A stretch of 64,000 bases of DNA from a virus, in IMG/VR virus record IMGVR_UViG_3300009376_000011, positions 3,433-67,432 of that record; one strand, 5' to 3'. The position numbers and the translations under genes were made by a program. The notes under the pieces were generated by a model. The model saw nothing but the letters and a program-made list of their open reading frames with translations. It searched no databases and was not told where the DNA came from. Below are positions 17,058-27,100 of the stretch, one piece after another (position 1 is the stretch's first letter; each line of letters begins with the position of its first letter).

Positions 17058-18362
17058 CTAGATAATAATTGACACCCGGCCACGCTGGCGATGACCCAGA
17101 CCGGCCACCTCGTTGAAGCAAGAAGAGGTGGCATCTACCTGATCGTCGTGCCATGCCGCCTCTGGGAAGGTTGCCACTTCGTCAAGGAAGTCTGAAATGT
17201 ATGGTCCTCTGACAAGCCTGACGTTTCCGTTGGCAACCGCAGCAGACAGAGGTTTGGCACGGGTAACTTTGTCGCCCGTGGAACGAATACCGATGAAGTC
17301 GATGCCGGGTAGGACGTAGCGGGCGTATTGGTCGATCAGGTTTTTGCCGCTGCTCCCCGGCTCCTGTTCCATCCGGACGGCGACATGAGGACCGTCCAGT
17401 TGGGCAGTCTGTGCGATTAGTTTTTCTATGTCCGCTCCGTTCTTCCTGCACCTCTGGATGTCGATGATGTAGAACACCCCTTGGTCGAATGCTCCAAGGA
17501 CACCGACGGTCCAGTCGGGGTCCGGGTTCACATGGGATGGTTCGGTGGCAGCAAGATCCCAGAAGCGGCACCACTCAGGGTCCACGAAATCGGGAAGGTC
17601 GCTTGGCTCCATGATGACAAAGTTTTCACGGTCGAACAGGCTTCCTGAGGACACCGCCCACCAGTCGCCGTTTTCCAATCGTTGACGTTCGATGGGGTCG
17701 ATTTCTTGCAGGGCACGCCGATACGACTCAGGGTCGATGCCGGGGTTGTCGTCTAGGAAACTGGGAACAAAGATTCGATCAGGACTTTTTTCTCCCTCTT
17801 CGATGAAACGTTGTCTTACCCAGTTAGGCGCAGGGTTGGATGCTGCACGCATTCTTAGTGGTACTTTAGAGAGTTCGCCAGAGTTCGGTTTACGCAACCG
17901 AGAGAAAAGGTAACGATAATCAAATTCACGAATTTCAGTTACTTCGTCCATTCCAATGAACTGGAATTCTGAAGACTTGTAACGAAGGTAGTCATTTTGA
18001 TTGTTTAGATAACCGAAAGTGACTCTTGCACCAGATGGAAAGGTGGCTACATAGGTGGAGCCATTCCACCTGATCTCGTCGTACTCTTTAACCCACGAAA
18101 GAAATCTGTCCATGAGTGCGCCGGGAAGTGCGAGGTCGGCATATGTGCGTCGGAAAAGAATGGCGGAGTAGTCGGGAACGTCAACGTATTGGAGAGCAGC
18201 CATTAAAAGTGCAGAGGATTTTCCGCCACCAGCGGCTCCACCAAAGAGTCCTTCAAGGTGCCCAGCGCGCAAAAAGGTCTTTTGAGTCAGTGATGGGGTT
18301 TCTGGGCAAAAATGTGGTTCCTTCGGTTGAAGGAACTCATAGATGTCGGACCAATCTTTCAT
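17058..18362 (-). CDS. terL: Terminase large subunit
   Basis: GGAAGGGKS Walker A, IGMDE Walker B, ASNP, WDLA, EQEPGSSGK, HDDQVDA nuclease motifs. Confidence 0.96.
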   Translation of the reverse strand: MKDWSDIYEFLQPKEPHFCPETPSLTQKTFLRAGHLEGLFGGAAGGGKSSALLMAALQYVDVPDYSAILFRRTYADLALPGALMDRFLSWVKEYDEIRWNGSTYVATFPSGARVTFGYLNNQNDYLRYKSSEFQFIGMDEVTEIREFDYRYLFSRLRKPNSGELSKVPLRMRAASNPAPNWVRQRFIEEGEKSPDRIFVPSFLDDNPGIDPESYRRALQEIDPIERQRLENGDWWAVSSGSLFDRENFVIMEPSDLPDFVDPEWCRFWDLAATEPSHVNPDPDWTVGVLGAFDQGVFYIIDIQRCRKNGADIEKLIAQTAQLDGPHVAVRMEQEPGSSGKNLIDQYARYVLPGIDFIGIRSTGDKVTRAKPLSAAVANGNVRLVRGPYISDFLDEVATFPEAAWHDDQVDATSSCFNEVAGLGHRQRGRVSIII

Positions 18363-18413
18363 GATGGGTTATGATACCTTGAAACCTTTGTCTGAACGTG
18401 ACAGGATATAAAT

Positions 18414-18581
18414 GTGAGAAAGATTATCGCTTCTTTGGGACGTTCTAATATTGCTCATCTGTTCATGGTGTTGTCTGTAATACTATTGGGTTTAGGACTG
18501 GGTCAATTTCACATCGGCTGGGGGATTACGGCATGGGGACTTGGGCTAGGCATATACGGCTATCTGTTAGGTGCTGAATAA
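18414..18581 (+). CDS. 55-aa membrane protein preceding the portal (not in ORF track)
   Basis: Manual translation MRKIIASLGRSNIAHLFMVLSVILLGLGLGQFHIGWGITAWGLGLGIYGYLLGAE; two hydrophobic segments; ends 2 nt before the portal ATG. Confidence 0.7.
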   Translation: MRKIIASLGRSNIAHLFMVLSVILLGLGLGQFHIGWGITAWGLGLGIYGYLLGAE

Positions 18582-18583
18582 AT

Positions 18584-20809
18584 ATGGCTTGGAATAACAA
18601 TAAGGCAATCCAACCTGACGGTAAAAAGGCTGTTTCTATCGGAGCGCCGGTTGCCTATAACGCCGGTCTTGTAGGCAAACCTTACACCGACGGTTGGGAC
18701 ATTGAGAGAGCCTATCGCGAAGGAGTAGCGAAAGTCACTTGGGTCTATCGTGCTATTGATGCTATCGCTAGTAATCAGGCGCGATTGCCTATCATGTTTC
18801 TTCGGGACAACTCTCCGTTTGGGGAGCGGGTGGAACGTGAAGATGAAAATGCGAGCGTTACGAAAATTCTGAACCAGCAATCTAATGATGGCGAGAACTC
18901 TTTCGCTTTTCGGTATCGGCTTTCTGCTCAGTTGTTGATGAGTACCCGTGGAGCGTTTATTGAGATCGTTCGTGGCCGCGGCGGTGACCCGGTGGCGTTA
19001 CATTTGCTTCCTCCTCAGAACACGGCTCCGATCCCCCACGAAAAGAAGTTTGTATCGGCGTTTGAGGTTGAGTTGCCGAACGGCAAGAAACAAAATCTGA
19101 ATCCGAAGAATGTTATTTGGATCCGTCGCCCACATCCATTGGATCCGTATCTGTCTATGACCCCAATGGAATCATCGGGTATTGCGATAGAAACTGAAAC
19201 ACTAGCAAAGTTGTATAATAGAAACTTTCTTTTGAATGACGGTCGGCCCGGTGGGCTGCTCGTCTTGCGAGGGCAGATTGATGATGACGACAAACAGGAA
19301 CTCCAAGCCCGATTCCGAGGAAGCCTCTCAAGAGCAGGTGGTATCGGAGTTATTGCATCTGATGACGGCGCGGACTTTGTCGATACTGGTGCCTCCCCGC
19401 GTGACGCGGCGTATGAGGCTCTTAGACAGATTACGAAGGAAGAAATCCTCGCCTCCTTCGGAGTCCCCGAATCCGTAATCGGCAACGCGTCCGGTAGGAC
19501 GTTTGCCAACGCCTCCGAAGAGGGGCGTGTGTTCTGGTCGGAGACAATGGACCCACATCTGGAACTGTTGTCTAGAGGACTAGATGTTTTGGATGACAAC
19601 TACTATGTAACGTTTGACACTTCTACGGTGCCCATTTTGACTATGGGTAAGCAGGAACGTGATCGGTTCTATTTGACGGAGCATCAGCAGGGTTTGATCA
19701 CCGCTAATGAGTATCGGGATAAAACTGGAAAAGAAAAGGTCGATTCCTATCTGGCGGATTCGATGTTGGCGAACCCGAACTTGGCTCCGATTGGAAACAC
19801 CGAAGAGCCGATGACCAAGGAAGAGGCGATGGGCGGAGCGCAAGGTCCGGGCGGACCGATGCCTCCGGGCGCTGAGGGTATGCCGCCACCTGAAGGTGAG
19901 GCTCCTCCGGGCGAGGCTCCTCCGCCGGGTGCCGCTCCCCCGATTCCCGCACCCACGGAGGGTGTTCCTGAACCGGAACTACCTATTGGCGAGTTCCCGA
20001 TGCCGAAAGAGGGAACACCGGAAGGAATCGAAGTTAAGCATTTTGAATTGGGTGGCGAGTGGGAAAACAAAGCCGCACAGGATGTGGATCGTTGGGAAGC
20101 CATTTTCGCCCGGTCGTTGGAACGCTATTTTCAGCGTCAAGAGCGAGTAATCACTGAGAAGATTTCCGGAGCCAAGGCCAAGCGCTTATTGGGCAGTGGC
20201 GATCTCACTGTTGACGCTATATGGGATGCTGATACTTGGAACAAGCAATTGCGGGAAGACATGGCTCCGGTTATTGAAGGGGCGATGCTGGAAGCAACGG
20301 CTACAGCGATGAAGGAATCTGATGAAAAGGTGGATCCTTCAGAGGAAGAGATTCAAAAGTATATTGAATCTCAGTTGGTGCGAACCGAAAAAGCAAATGA
20401 AACCACAAAGAAGGAACTTGCAGCAGCAATTTTGTTGGCAATGATGCTTTTGGGTGACGATGACGATTCGGCTCCGATTTCGGCAAAAGTTGCTTTGTTG
20501 GCGACTTCTGTGGCGGCAGTATTTGTTGCGTTGCAGACGAAACGCTTGAAGCGGATTGCGGAGGTTGAGAGTAACGGCGCGTATAATGCTGGTCTGTATT
20601 TTGGTGGTCGCCGTGCTGGGGCTGCTACTAAGACTTGGTTGACTCGCAAGGATGACAAAGTTCGTACTGGTCATGCGGTGATTGAAAGTCAGACCATTCC
20701 TATTGGGGATAGTTTTAAAAAGGGTGTGACTTTGAGGTTCCCCGGTGATCCTTTGGCTCCGCCGTCCCTGACAATCAATTGTCGGTGCTTGTTAAAATTC
20801 GGGGATTAA
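18584..20809 (+). CDS. HK97-type portal fused through a Pro-rich linker to a MuF (gpF-like) minor head domain
   Basis: VYRAIDAIA, NFLLNDGRPGGLL, ILASFGVP, ITANEYR portal motifs; C-terminal KTWLT..DDKVR..H...FPGDP...INCRC. Confidence 0.92.
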   Translation: MAWNNNKAIQPDGKKAVSIGAPVAYNAGLVGKPYTDGWDIERAYREGVAKVTWVYRAIDAIASNQARLPIMFLRDNSPFGERVEREDENASVTKILNQQSNDGENSFAFRYRLSAQLLMSTRGAFIEIVRGRGGDPVALHLLPPQNTAPIPHEKKFVSAFEVELPNGKKQNLNPKNVIWIRRPHPLDPYLSMTPMESSGIAIETETLAKLYNRNFLLNDGRPGGLLVLRGQIDDDDKQELQARFRGSLSRAGGIGVIASDDGADFVDTGASPRDAAYEALRQITKEEILASFGVPESVIGNASGRTFANASEEGRVFWSETMDPHLELLSRGLDVLDDNYYVTFDTSTVPILTMGKQERDRFYLTEHQQGLITANEYRDKTGKEKVDSYLADSMLANPNLAPIGNTEEPMTKEEAMGGAQGPGGPMPPGAEGMPPPEGEAPPGEAPPPGAAPPIPAPTEGVPEPELPIGEFPMPKEGTPEGIEVKHFELGGEWENKAAQDVDRWEAIFARSLERYFQRQERVITEKISGAKAKRLLGSGDLTVDAIWDADTWNKQLREDMAPVIEGAMLEATATAMKESDEKVDPSEEEIQKYIESQLVRTEKANETTKKELAAAILLAMMLLGDDDDSAPISAKVALLATSVAAVFVALQTKRLKRIAEVESNGAYNAGLYFGGRRAGAATKTWLTRKDDKVRTGHAVIESQTIPIGDSFKKGVTLRFPGDPLAPPSLTINCRCLLKFGD

Positions 20810-20812
20810 GGG

Positions 20813-20838
20813 TTTTAGTAAACTACTTTTAGTAAACT
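20813..20838. repeat. 12-bp direct repeat TTTTAGTAAACT x2
   Basis: Copies at 20813-20824 and 20827-20838 in the portal-protease intergenic region. Confidence 0.8.
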
Positions 20839-20898
20839 TGCCATTTCAGATTATGGTGTGGTTGTATACTCCGGACAGTTCATCTATCTGGAGTCACC

Positions 20899-22245
20899 AT
20901 GCCTACATTGACTGTTATAGAAGATACAGATATTCAGTTTAAAACCCGTGCTGGTCAGGTCAATATTGACAAAGCACAGGGCATTGTTGAATGTTTTGTC
21001 GCCGCGATTGGGAACAAGGATTCCGTGGGCGACATCATTATTCCGGGGGCGTTCAGTGGCTCATTGAAACGTCGCAAGCCGCGTGTGGTTTGGGGACATA
21101 ACTGGAATGAGCCAATCGGCAAAGTGTTGACGATTGAAGAGGTCAAGCCCAAGGACAGTCGGCTTCCGAAGAAGATGTTCGATGCTGGAGTAGGTGGCCT
21201 GTATGCACGGGTTCAGTTCAATTTGAACTCCCAGCGTGGCAAGGAAGCCTTTGCCAATGTTGCCTTTTTTGGCGATGAGCAGGAGTGGAGCATCGGCTAC
21301 AAGACAATTGATGCCGATTATGACTCCACTCATCAGGCAAACGTTCTGAAAGAGGTGGAACTGTACGAGGTTTCGCCCGTCCTCCATGGAGCAAACCAGT
21401 TGACCGGCACGCTGTCCGTGAAGGACAACGAGGCGTCCGAGTGTGGCACAGAGGGGGAGTTGTGTACCGTCAAGAATTTGGCAGCGGATGAGGTTGAAGA
21501 AAAGGTCGATGAAGTCGATGAAGAGGTAACCGTATTTGCGTCATTGCTTGAGACGGCGGTTAAGGGATCCTTCGATGACGAAGATGTCAAGTTGTGGGAC
21601 TTTGACGCGGAGCAGGCTGCCGTCACTAAGGGTGACGAAGCGTGGGTTGTGAGTTACCACTACAACAAGGACAGTTCCGAGTTTCTGTTCGCTCAGCCCA
21701 AGGCTGCGGTTTTGGAAACTTTCGTTCGCGTGCTGGAGGAAACGGCATGTGGCTGCGAAAAGGAGGAAACGGCATGTGGCTGCGAAAAGGTAGACGGATC
21801 GTGCGGCTGCACCCACGAAGAAAAGTCCTTAGAGGAAGATGTTGAGGTCAAGGCTGGTCGCAAGATTTCTTCTAGGAACATTCAAAAAATCTCTAACGCT
21901 ATTGAAATTCTTCAGAGTGTTTGTAACGAGGTAATGCCATCTGAGGGTCCGTTGGAGCGGAAAGAACCTGTTGAACAAAAGGTTTTGATTCCGGGCACCT
22001 ATTCAAATTACGAGGAGTCCATTCCGTTTGAGTGCGCTACGGAAGAAGAGATTGCTGATGTCGTAGAGGCATTGGTGAAAGTTGGGGTTCCAGTTCAATG
22101 TCCAACCCCAGAATCTGTTGCCTTGGGTTACAAGACCGTAGAGGTCTTGATGCCTGAAGGCGAAAATGAAAAAAAGAGCGTTGCCCGAATCATGGGTAAG
22201 GCTTTGCTACATATCGACTGGTTAGTTAACGAGCCTTCCCAATAG
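20899..22245 (+). CDS. HK97-family prohead protease with long acidic C-terminal extension
   Basis: DSVGDIIIPGAF, WGHNW..PIG, WSIGY, LYEVSPV..GAN. Confidence 0.93.
   Translation: MPTLTVIEDTDIQFKTRAGQVNIDKAQGIVECFVAAIGNKDSVGDIIIPGAFSGSLKRRKPRVVWGHNWNEPIGKVLTIEEVKPKDSRLPKKMFDAGVGGLYARVQFNLNSQRGKEAFANVAFFGDEQEWSIGYKTIDADYDSTHQANVLKEVELYEVSPVLHGANQLTGTLSVKDNEASECGTEGELCTVKNLAADEVEEKVDEVDEEVTVFASLLETAVKGSFDDEDVKLWDFDAEQAAVTKGDEAWVVSYHYNKDSSEFLFAQPKAAVLETFVRVLEETACGCEKEETACGCEKVDGSCGCTHEEKSLEEDVEVKAGRKISSRNIQKISNAIEILQSVCNEVMPSEGPLERKEPVEQKVLIPGTYSNYEESIPFECATEEEIADVVEALVKVGVPVQCPTPESVALGYKTVEVLMPEGENEKKSVARIMGKALLHIDWLVNEPSQ
21735..21790 (+). repeat. Perfect 27-bp tandem duplication (EETACGCEK x2)
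   Basis: GGAGGAAACGGCATGTGGCTGCGAAAA repeated twice, in frame. Confidence 0.95.
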
Positions 22246-22254
22246 GAGTCCAAA

Positions 22255-23898
22255 ATGGCTAAAAACGATAAAGAAACAGAAGCAGTGGAGCCTGAAGAGA
22301 AGACTCTTGAGGACGAACTATCTGCTCTAGAAGAGGTAGCAGCCTCTTTGACGGAAACCAAGTCGGGTGATCATCCCGAAGAGGACTGTGACGACGAGGA
22401 TTGTGAAGAGCATGGAACCAAGGCTGCCACCATCACCGGTCATCCTTACGACATGGTCGTGGTCGATGACGACGATCAGGAGGATGACGCCGAGGGCTTG
22501 TTGAAGCCTCCGGGTGGCGTTGAACAGGCCAAAGAGATGGGTCCGAAAAAGCGGGTTGTCGTTGTTGAGATGGATCCGGAACAGATCACTGACGACATGA
22601 AGGCTTATGTCGTTGAGGTTCCTGACGAAGATGACGAGTATCCCAAGGCGCATGTTCCGGACCACGAAGAAGAGGGTCCAGAATTGCGCCGTCGTCCGAT
22701 CTCACCCATGCAGGCTGTACCAACGGAGGCAGTGCCTAACACTTCTCCGATGACGCCTGTTGGTGCTGGTGCTGTCGGTCCGCCGTTTGTTCCTGAAGAG
22801 GATGATGACGATCTCAAGGGCTATGGCAAGCCGGGTAAGGGCCGACTGGCCCGCTTGATGGCATTGGCTAATGGCGAAGATCCGGACGCTGAGGAAGAGG
22901 AGGACGATGACGAAAAGAACATGGTTCCTGCTCTCCCGACGGCTGTTCTGATTGGCAAAGAAGATGATGCAAACACCAATGGTATGGAAAAGCGTTTGGA
23001 GCGCATGGGCGTCAAATCTCTAGGCAATTTTGACTTCATGTGTGCCATTGAGCGGACCATCCGAAGCGGTGATGTGTGTAACTTCTGCCGCGGTGGGTGT
23101 GCCAGTGAGAAGGGTTTGCCCGGATTGCTGGAGATTGAGGTTTCTGCCGAAGCCGAGTTTGGTGGCGAGGTTGTTGACTCCGGATATGCGCCTAAGGACG
23201 ACATGTTCGTTCTGGATTTGAAGACCGCAGACGGTTACAAAGAGGCGTACTACGCAGGCAACGGAACCCGATTGGGTTGGATCGCCTTGGACGAGGGCTT
23301 GAGCGTAAAGAGTCTTGAAGACGAAGGTGCTTCAAACCCGTTGATCGTTTCATTTGAGGAAGCCGAAATGACGGCTCTCAAGTATGTCAATGGAAAGTCA
23401 TACGGAGTGGATGTTGACTTGTTCCACGGCGAAGACGCTTACGTCGTTGAGATTGACGGTGTAGACGGCAAGTCATATGACGTTTATGTGTCGATTGATG
23501 GGAAGGTTCTTGGAACCGACATGATCGAACTTACCGATGATGAGCAGGACGACCTCACCGAACTGCGTCGGGAAAAGGATGCTTTGGAAGCCGAGTTGGC
23601 TCTCAAGTCCAATTATGAAGGCGAGGCGTTGCAGGGTCTTGTAGAGGAAGGCGCTGCGCTAGAAGATGGATCTTTCCCGATTGTGGATGCCAACGATCTT
23701 GAACTTGCAGTCAAGGCTGCCTACAGGCACGTTGAGGCGAAGTCTCATATTGAGCGTCGTGCAGAAGAATTGGAACGAACAGACATCATTCCTTCTGAAT
23801 GGGTCGAAACGAAGCAAGCAGAAACAGATGAGTTCATGGCTTCCTTGATGGAACTTCAGATGTTGGAAATTGACTCTGACGAATCGACAACAGAATAG
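22255..23898 (+). CDS. Acidic head-associated (scaffold-like) protein with Cys cluster, PepSY-like domain and C-terminal DGSFPI domain
   Basis: Very D/E-rich; CAIE...CNFCRGGC; VSFEEAEMTAL...AYVVEI...YDVYVSIDGKVL; DGSFPIVDANDL. Confidence 0.65.
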   Translation: MAKNDKETEAVEPEEKTLEDELSALEEVAASLTETKSGDHPEEDCDDEDCEEHGTKAATITGHPYDMVVVDDDDQEDDAEGLLKPPGGVEQAKEMGPKKRVVVVEMDPEQITDDMKAYVVEVPDEDDEYPKAHVPDHEEEGPELRRRPISPMQAVPTEAVPNTSPMTPVGAGAVGPPFVPEEDDDDLKGYGKPGKGRLARLMALANGEDPDAEEEEDDDEKNMVPALPTAVLIGKEDDANTNGMEKRLERMGVKSLGNFDFMCAIERTIRSGDVCNFCRGGCASEKGLPGLLEIEVSAEAEFGGEVVDSGYAPKDDMFVLDLKTADGYKEAYYAGNGTRLGWIALDEGLSVKSLEDEGASNPLIVSFEEAEMTALKYVNGKSYGVDVDLFHGEDAYVVEIDGVDGKSYDVYVSIDGKVLGTDMIELTDDEQDDLTELRREKDALEAELALKSNYEGEALQGLVEEGAALEDGSFPIVDANDLELAVKAAYRHVEAKSHIERRAEELERTDIIPSEWVETKQAETDEFMASLMELQMLEIDSDESTTE

Positions 23899-23907
23899 GT
23901 AAATGTC

Positions 23908-24126
23908 ATGGACAAGAAAAGTTATTTTGATCCCAACTTGGGACGGGTTGTGCATGTGGGAGAAGAGCCAGAGGCTCCTGCTCCCGCTCCTGAGGCTGCG
24001 GCCACGGGCGAACGGGCGCGGACAGCGAAGGGCCATTTCGTTAAAGATGACGAAAGCACCCCTGATGTGAATGAAGCGTATAAGGACGGGAAGACCCCCA
24101 AGAAAAAGGGCAAATCGAACAAGTAA
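23908..24126 (+). CDS. Small virion-type protein with RART.KGHF..DD.STPDVNEA motif
   Basis: 72 aa, SD AGGT; motif familiar from phage structural regions. Confidence 0.7.
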   Translation: MDKKSYFDPNLGRVVHVGEEPEAPAPAPEAAATGERARTAKGHFVKDDESTPDVNEAYKDGKTPKKKGKSNK

Positions 24127-24144
24127 ATCACCTTAGGGAGTGCT

Positions 24145-27100
24145 ATGAGTGATAAGCCTCTTGAGGTCAAAGGGCCGCAGGACTTAATCGACGTAATCCC
24201 GCAGGAGAGAATTACCGGCGATATTTTGCGTGGTCATGGACCGCGTAGAGGTGGGTTGGAACACCTGCTCAAATTCTGGCGACCGATTATGCGGAAGCCG
24301 GGTGGTTTTCGGCGGTGCATTGTCATTCTTGCGAATCATCCAGAGTTGTATCCGCTCCAACCGTTGTGCGCGTGGTTGCACCATGAAACAACTGGCAAGT
24401 GGCCGAATGAAGGCAACCATCACGGTGGTGGTGGGGCGGCGCGGGCAGCAGGCCGGGTGGCCCGTCGCGCTATCCCCGGCAAGCGTCGTCGCCGTCGTGG
24501 CAAAAGCGAAGACGGGGTGGAGATAGCAAGTTGGAGGGTGTACCGCCGAGTGGCCCGCATGGACGGAGGTATCACGACTCGTCCTATTGATGGGGATCAA
24601 AATGCTGTCGCCTATAAGGCGGCACGGTTTGTGCAGGGTCTGCAATCGGTTCCAATGCCGGGTTCGTTCGACTGGACTAAACAACCAATTGAGGTAAAGG
24701 GCCGTGGTCACGGTCGCCTTGGGCGGACGCTTTCAAGTATCGCTTCTTATTTTACACCGGGCGATATGAGCAAATATCGCAGTCCGATCCGCTCCGCCCT
24801 GTGGGGGGCTTTGTTCCCCGGCGGTGGAGGTATTGGACCGAGTGGTGGCATTGGTGGTGGTGGCGCTAGGCCGTCTATTGGCGGTGGGGCGCTGCGTTGT
24901 CCCACGGGGTACATCAACGGTGGCAGGTTCACTGATCCCAAGTTGAGCAACTGTGGTGGTTTGGTGTTTGACGTTCCGGCAAAGGGGCCGGGAGCGGTCA
25001 CATCAGGTGATGTTTCCAAGATGACTCGTCGTTTTGAAAGCATTACGGCAGAGGACGTTCCAGATGTGGTTCGTGATGTGGTTGTCAAGAAGCCTAAGGG
25101 CGATCCTTTCGCCGTTGTACGCGAAGCGGCGATTCGTCCTAATCGTGCAGGTAGCCCTGCCCGCCGCGAGTCTGTTGTAAATGATGTTGTTGATTTTGTT
25201 GGCAAGAATGTTGGAACCACTCGTTTGGTTCGGCGTGACGGTGTGGTGTATGAACCCACGCTGACTCCAGAAGAACTAGTGAAGATGAAGGATCATGACG
25301 CGATCAAGGGTGCCGTGTATGTGACTTCAAAGATCGGGAAGGGTGCAATCGCAGGAGACGAGATACGCCTATTGAGCAAGGGTGTTGAGGCTATTGAGTA
25401 TGCGTTCGGTCAGGGTTCTGTCCGGGTGGAACGCAAGACGGACATTCCGGTTGGGGTTGGAGCAAAGATGCGTACCCGCTGGGCGTCTATTTCTAGGGAT
25501 CCCGACATCATCATCAATCCGTTTGCCCATGTTGAAAAGTTCGTTCAAGAATTTCCAGAGTTTGTGGAAATCAAACCAAAGTTTGACGGTGTCAAAAAGC
25601 CGAACGAGCGCGTTGTCGTTACTTCTAGTGATGGTCAGAAGCGTGTGGTTTCAAGATGGATTCATCACATGTTTCTGTCACCTCGCGCTCCTCGTCGTCT
25701 GGCGGGCGTCAAGCCTTACAACATTGCAAAAGAATCTGGAACTAAAACTCTGCGTGAGCAACGGTTCAACCGTGAGCAGTATGCAGTGTTTTCTGTGGAG
25801 AAAAAGAATCTGGCGTTGAGGCCGGATCTTTCCGATCAGTTCGGAAAGCCGAGTTTGGCAGACCTTCGGATTAGCGACACCGATGGTATGAGCAGAGATT
25901 CGCTAGTTGATCTAAAGGCAGCCCGGTTTGTATTAGCCCAACTTGATGAAGATATGGCAGTCAAGGTGTTTGGTCGCCGTCGGATGCGTGGCGTGCGTCT
26001 GTCTCGCTTTGCCCGCCGGATTCCCAAGGTTGTTCCTTACAACCCACGGGCACGGGATGCTGATGGTGATGGTCTGGTTCAGGAAGGAACTATCTGGGAG
26101 CGACCGTCGGGAACTATTTTCCGTGGTTTGAAGGCTGGCGCTAGGAAACTGGCTGGTTCTGTTCAACTTGTTGATGGAAATGGCAAGAATGTTGATTACA
26201 AGCCGGGTGAAAACCAGCGTTCTCCGCTTCGGACTTCCCGCTTTGATCCTCTGAAGCGTCGTTTGGCGGGAGCGTCTGAACGTTTTGGTGGACGACGCGA
26301 ACAGGGCATTCGTCGCAGGGATCAGGAGTTGGATGCTACAGCCGACTTCACTGAGGTCGAATTGCGGCGTCAGGCACGAAAGGCACGCAGGCAGCGGGCA
26401 CTTGCAAGGATTAGACAGAGGGGGGCTGGTGTCCGTGAGCGTCGGACAGCGCGAATGGAGCGTGGCGCTGAGCGAGATGAGGCTGCCGCAGGGAGACATA
26501 CTGAACGGGCTAGGGAACTGACTAGTCAACGACGCGACCGTGACGAGTTCGATAGGTCACGGCGGGATATGCGCGGTAGGCAGCGTGCTGAACGAGAAGA
26601 ACTTGATCGGCGTTCTCCGCGTCGTGAACGCAGGACGCAGCGTCGTGATGAACGCCGTCGGAGGATGCAGGAGAGACTTACTGAATTTGGGGAGCGGAAC
26701 GAGGAGGCCATCCGTCGTCGTGACCGTGAGGAGGGGGCGAGGGTTGACTTCGGGAGGCGTCGTCCAAGTATTGCGGAGCGTGCTGCTGCCGCGGCTGAAC
26801 GCTTCCGTGAACGCAGAGAAGAAGGTATCCGTGCCGAAGATCGTCGTCGTGGCGCTAGGGCAGATTTTGGGAAGTTGGATCGGGAACGTGAGAGTCGTCG
26901 CAGGGATCGTCGCGGCCCAACGAGGAGGAGCGAGAGGACTCCGGGGGAGCAGCGCGGTCGGGCGGCTGGCGCAGCAGACAGGCTCAGGGAGCGTAACGAG
27001 GAAGCGATTCGTCGTCGGGATCGTGAACAAGGTGCGCGAGCCGACTTTGGCATTTTGGAACGCGAGCGTGAAGCCAGACGACAGCGACGCGCTGAGCGTG

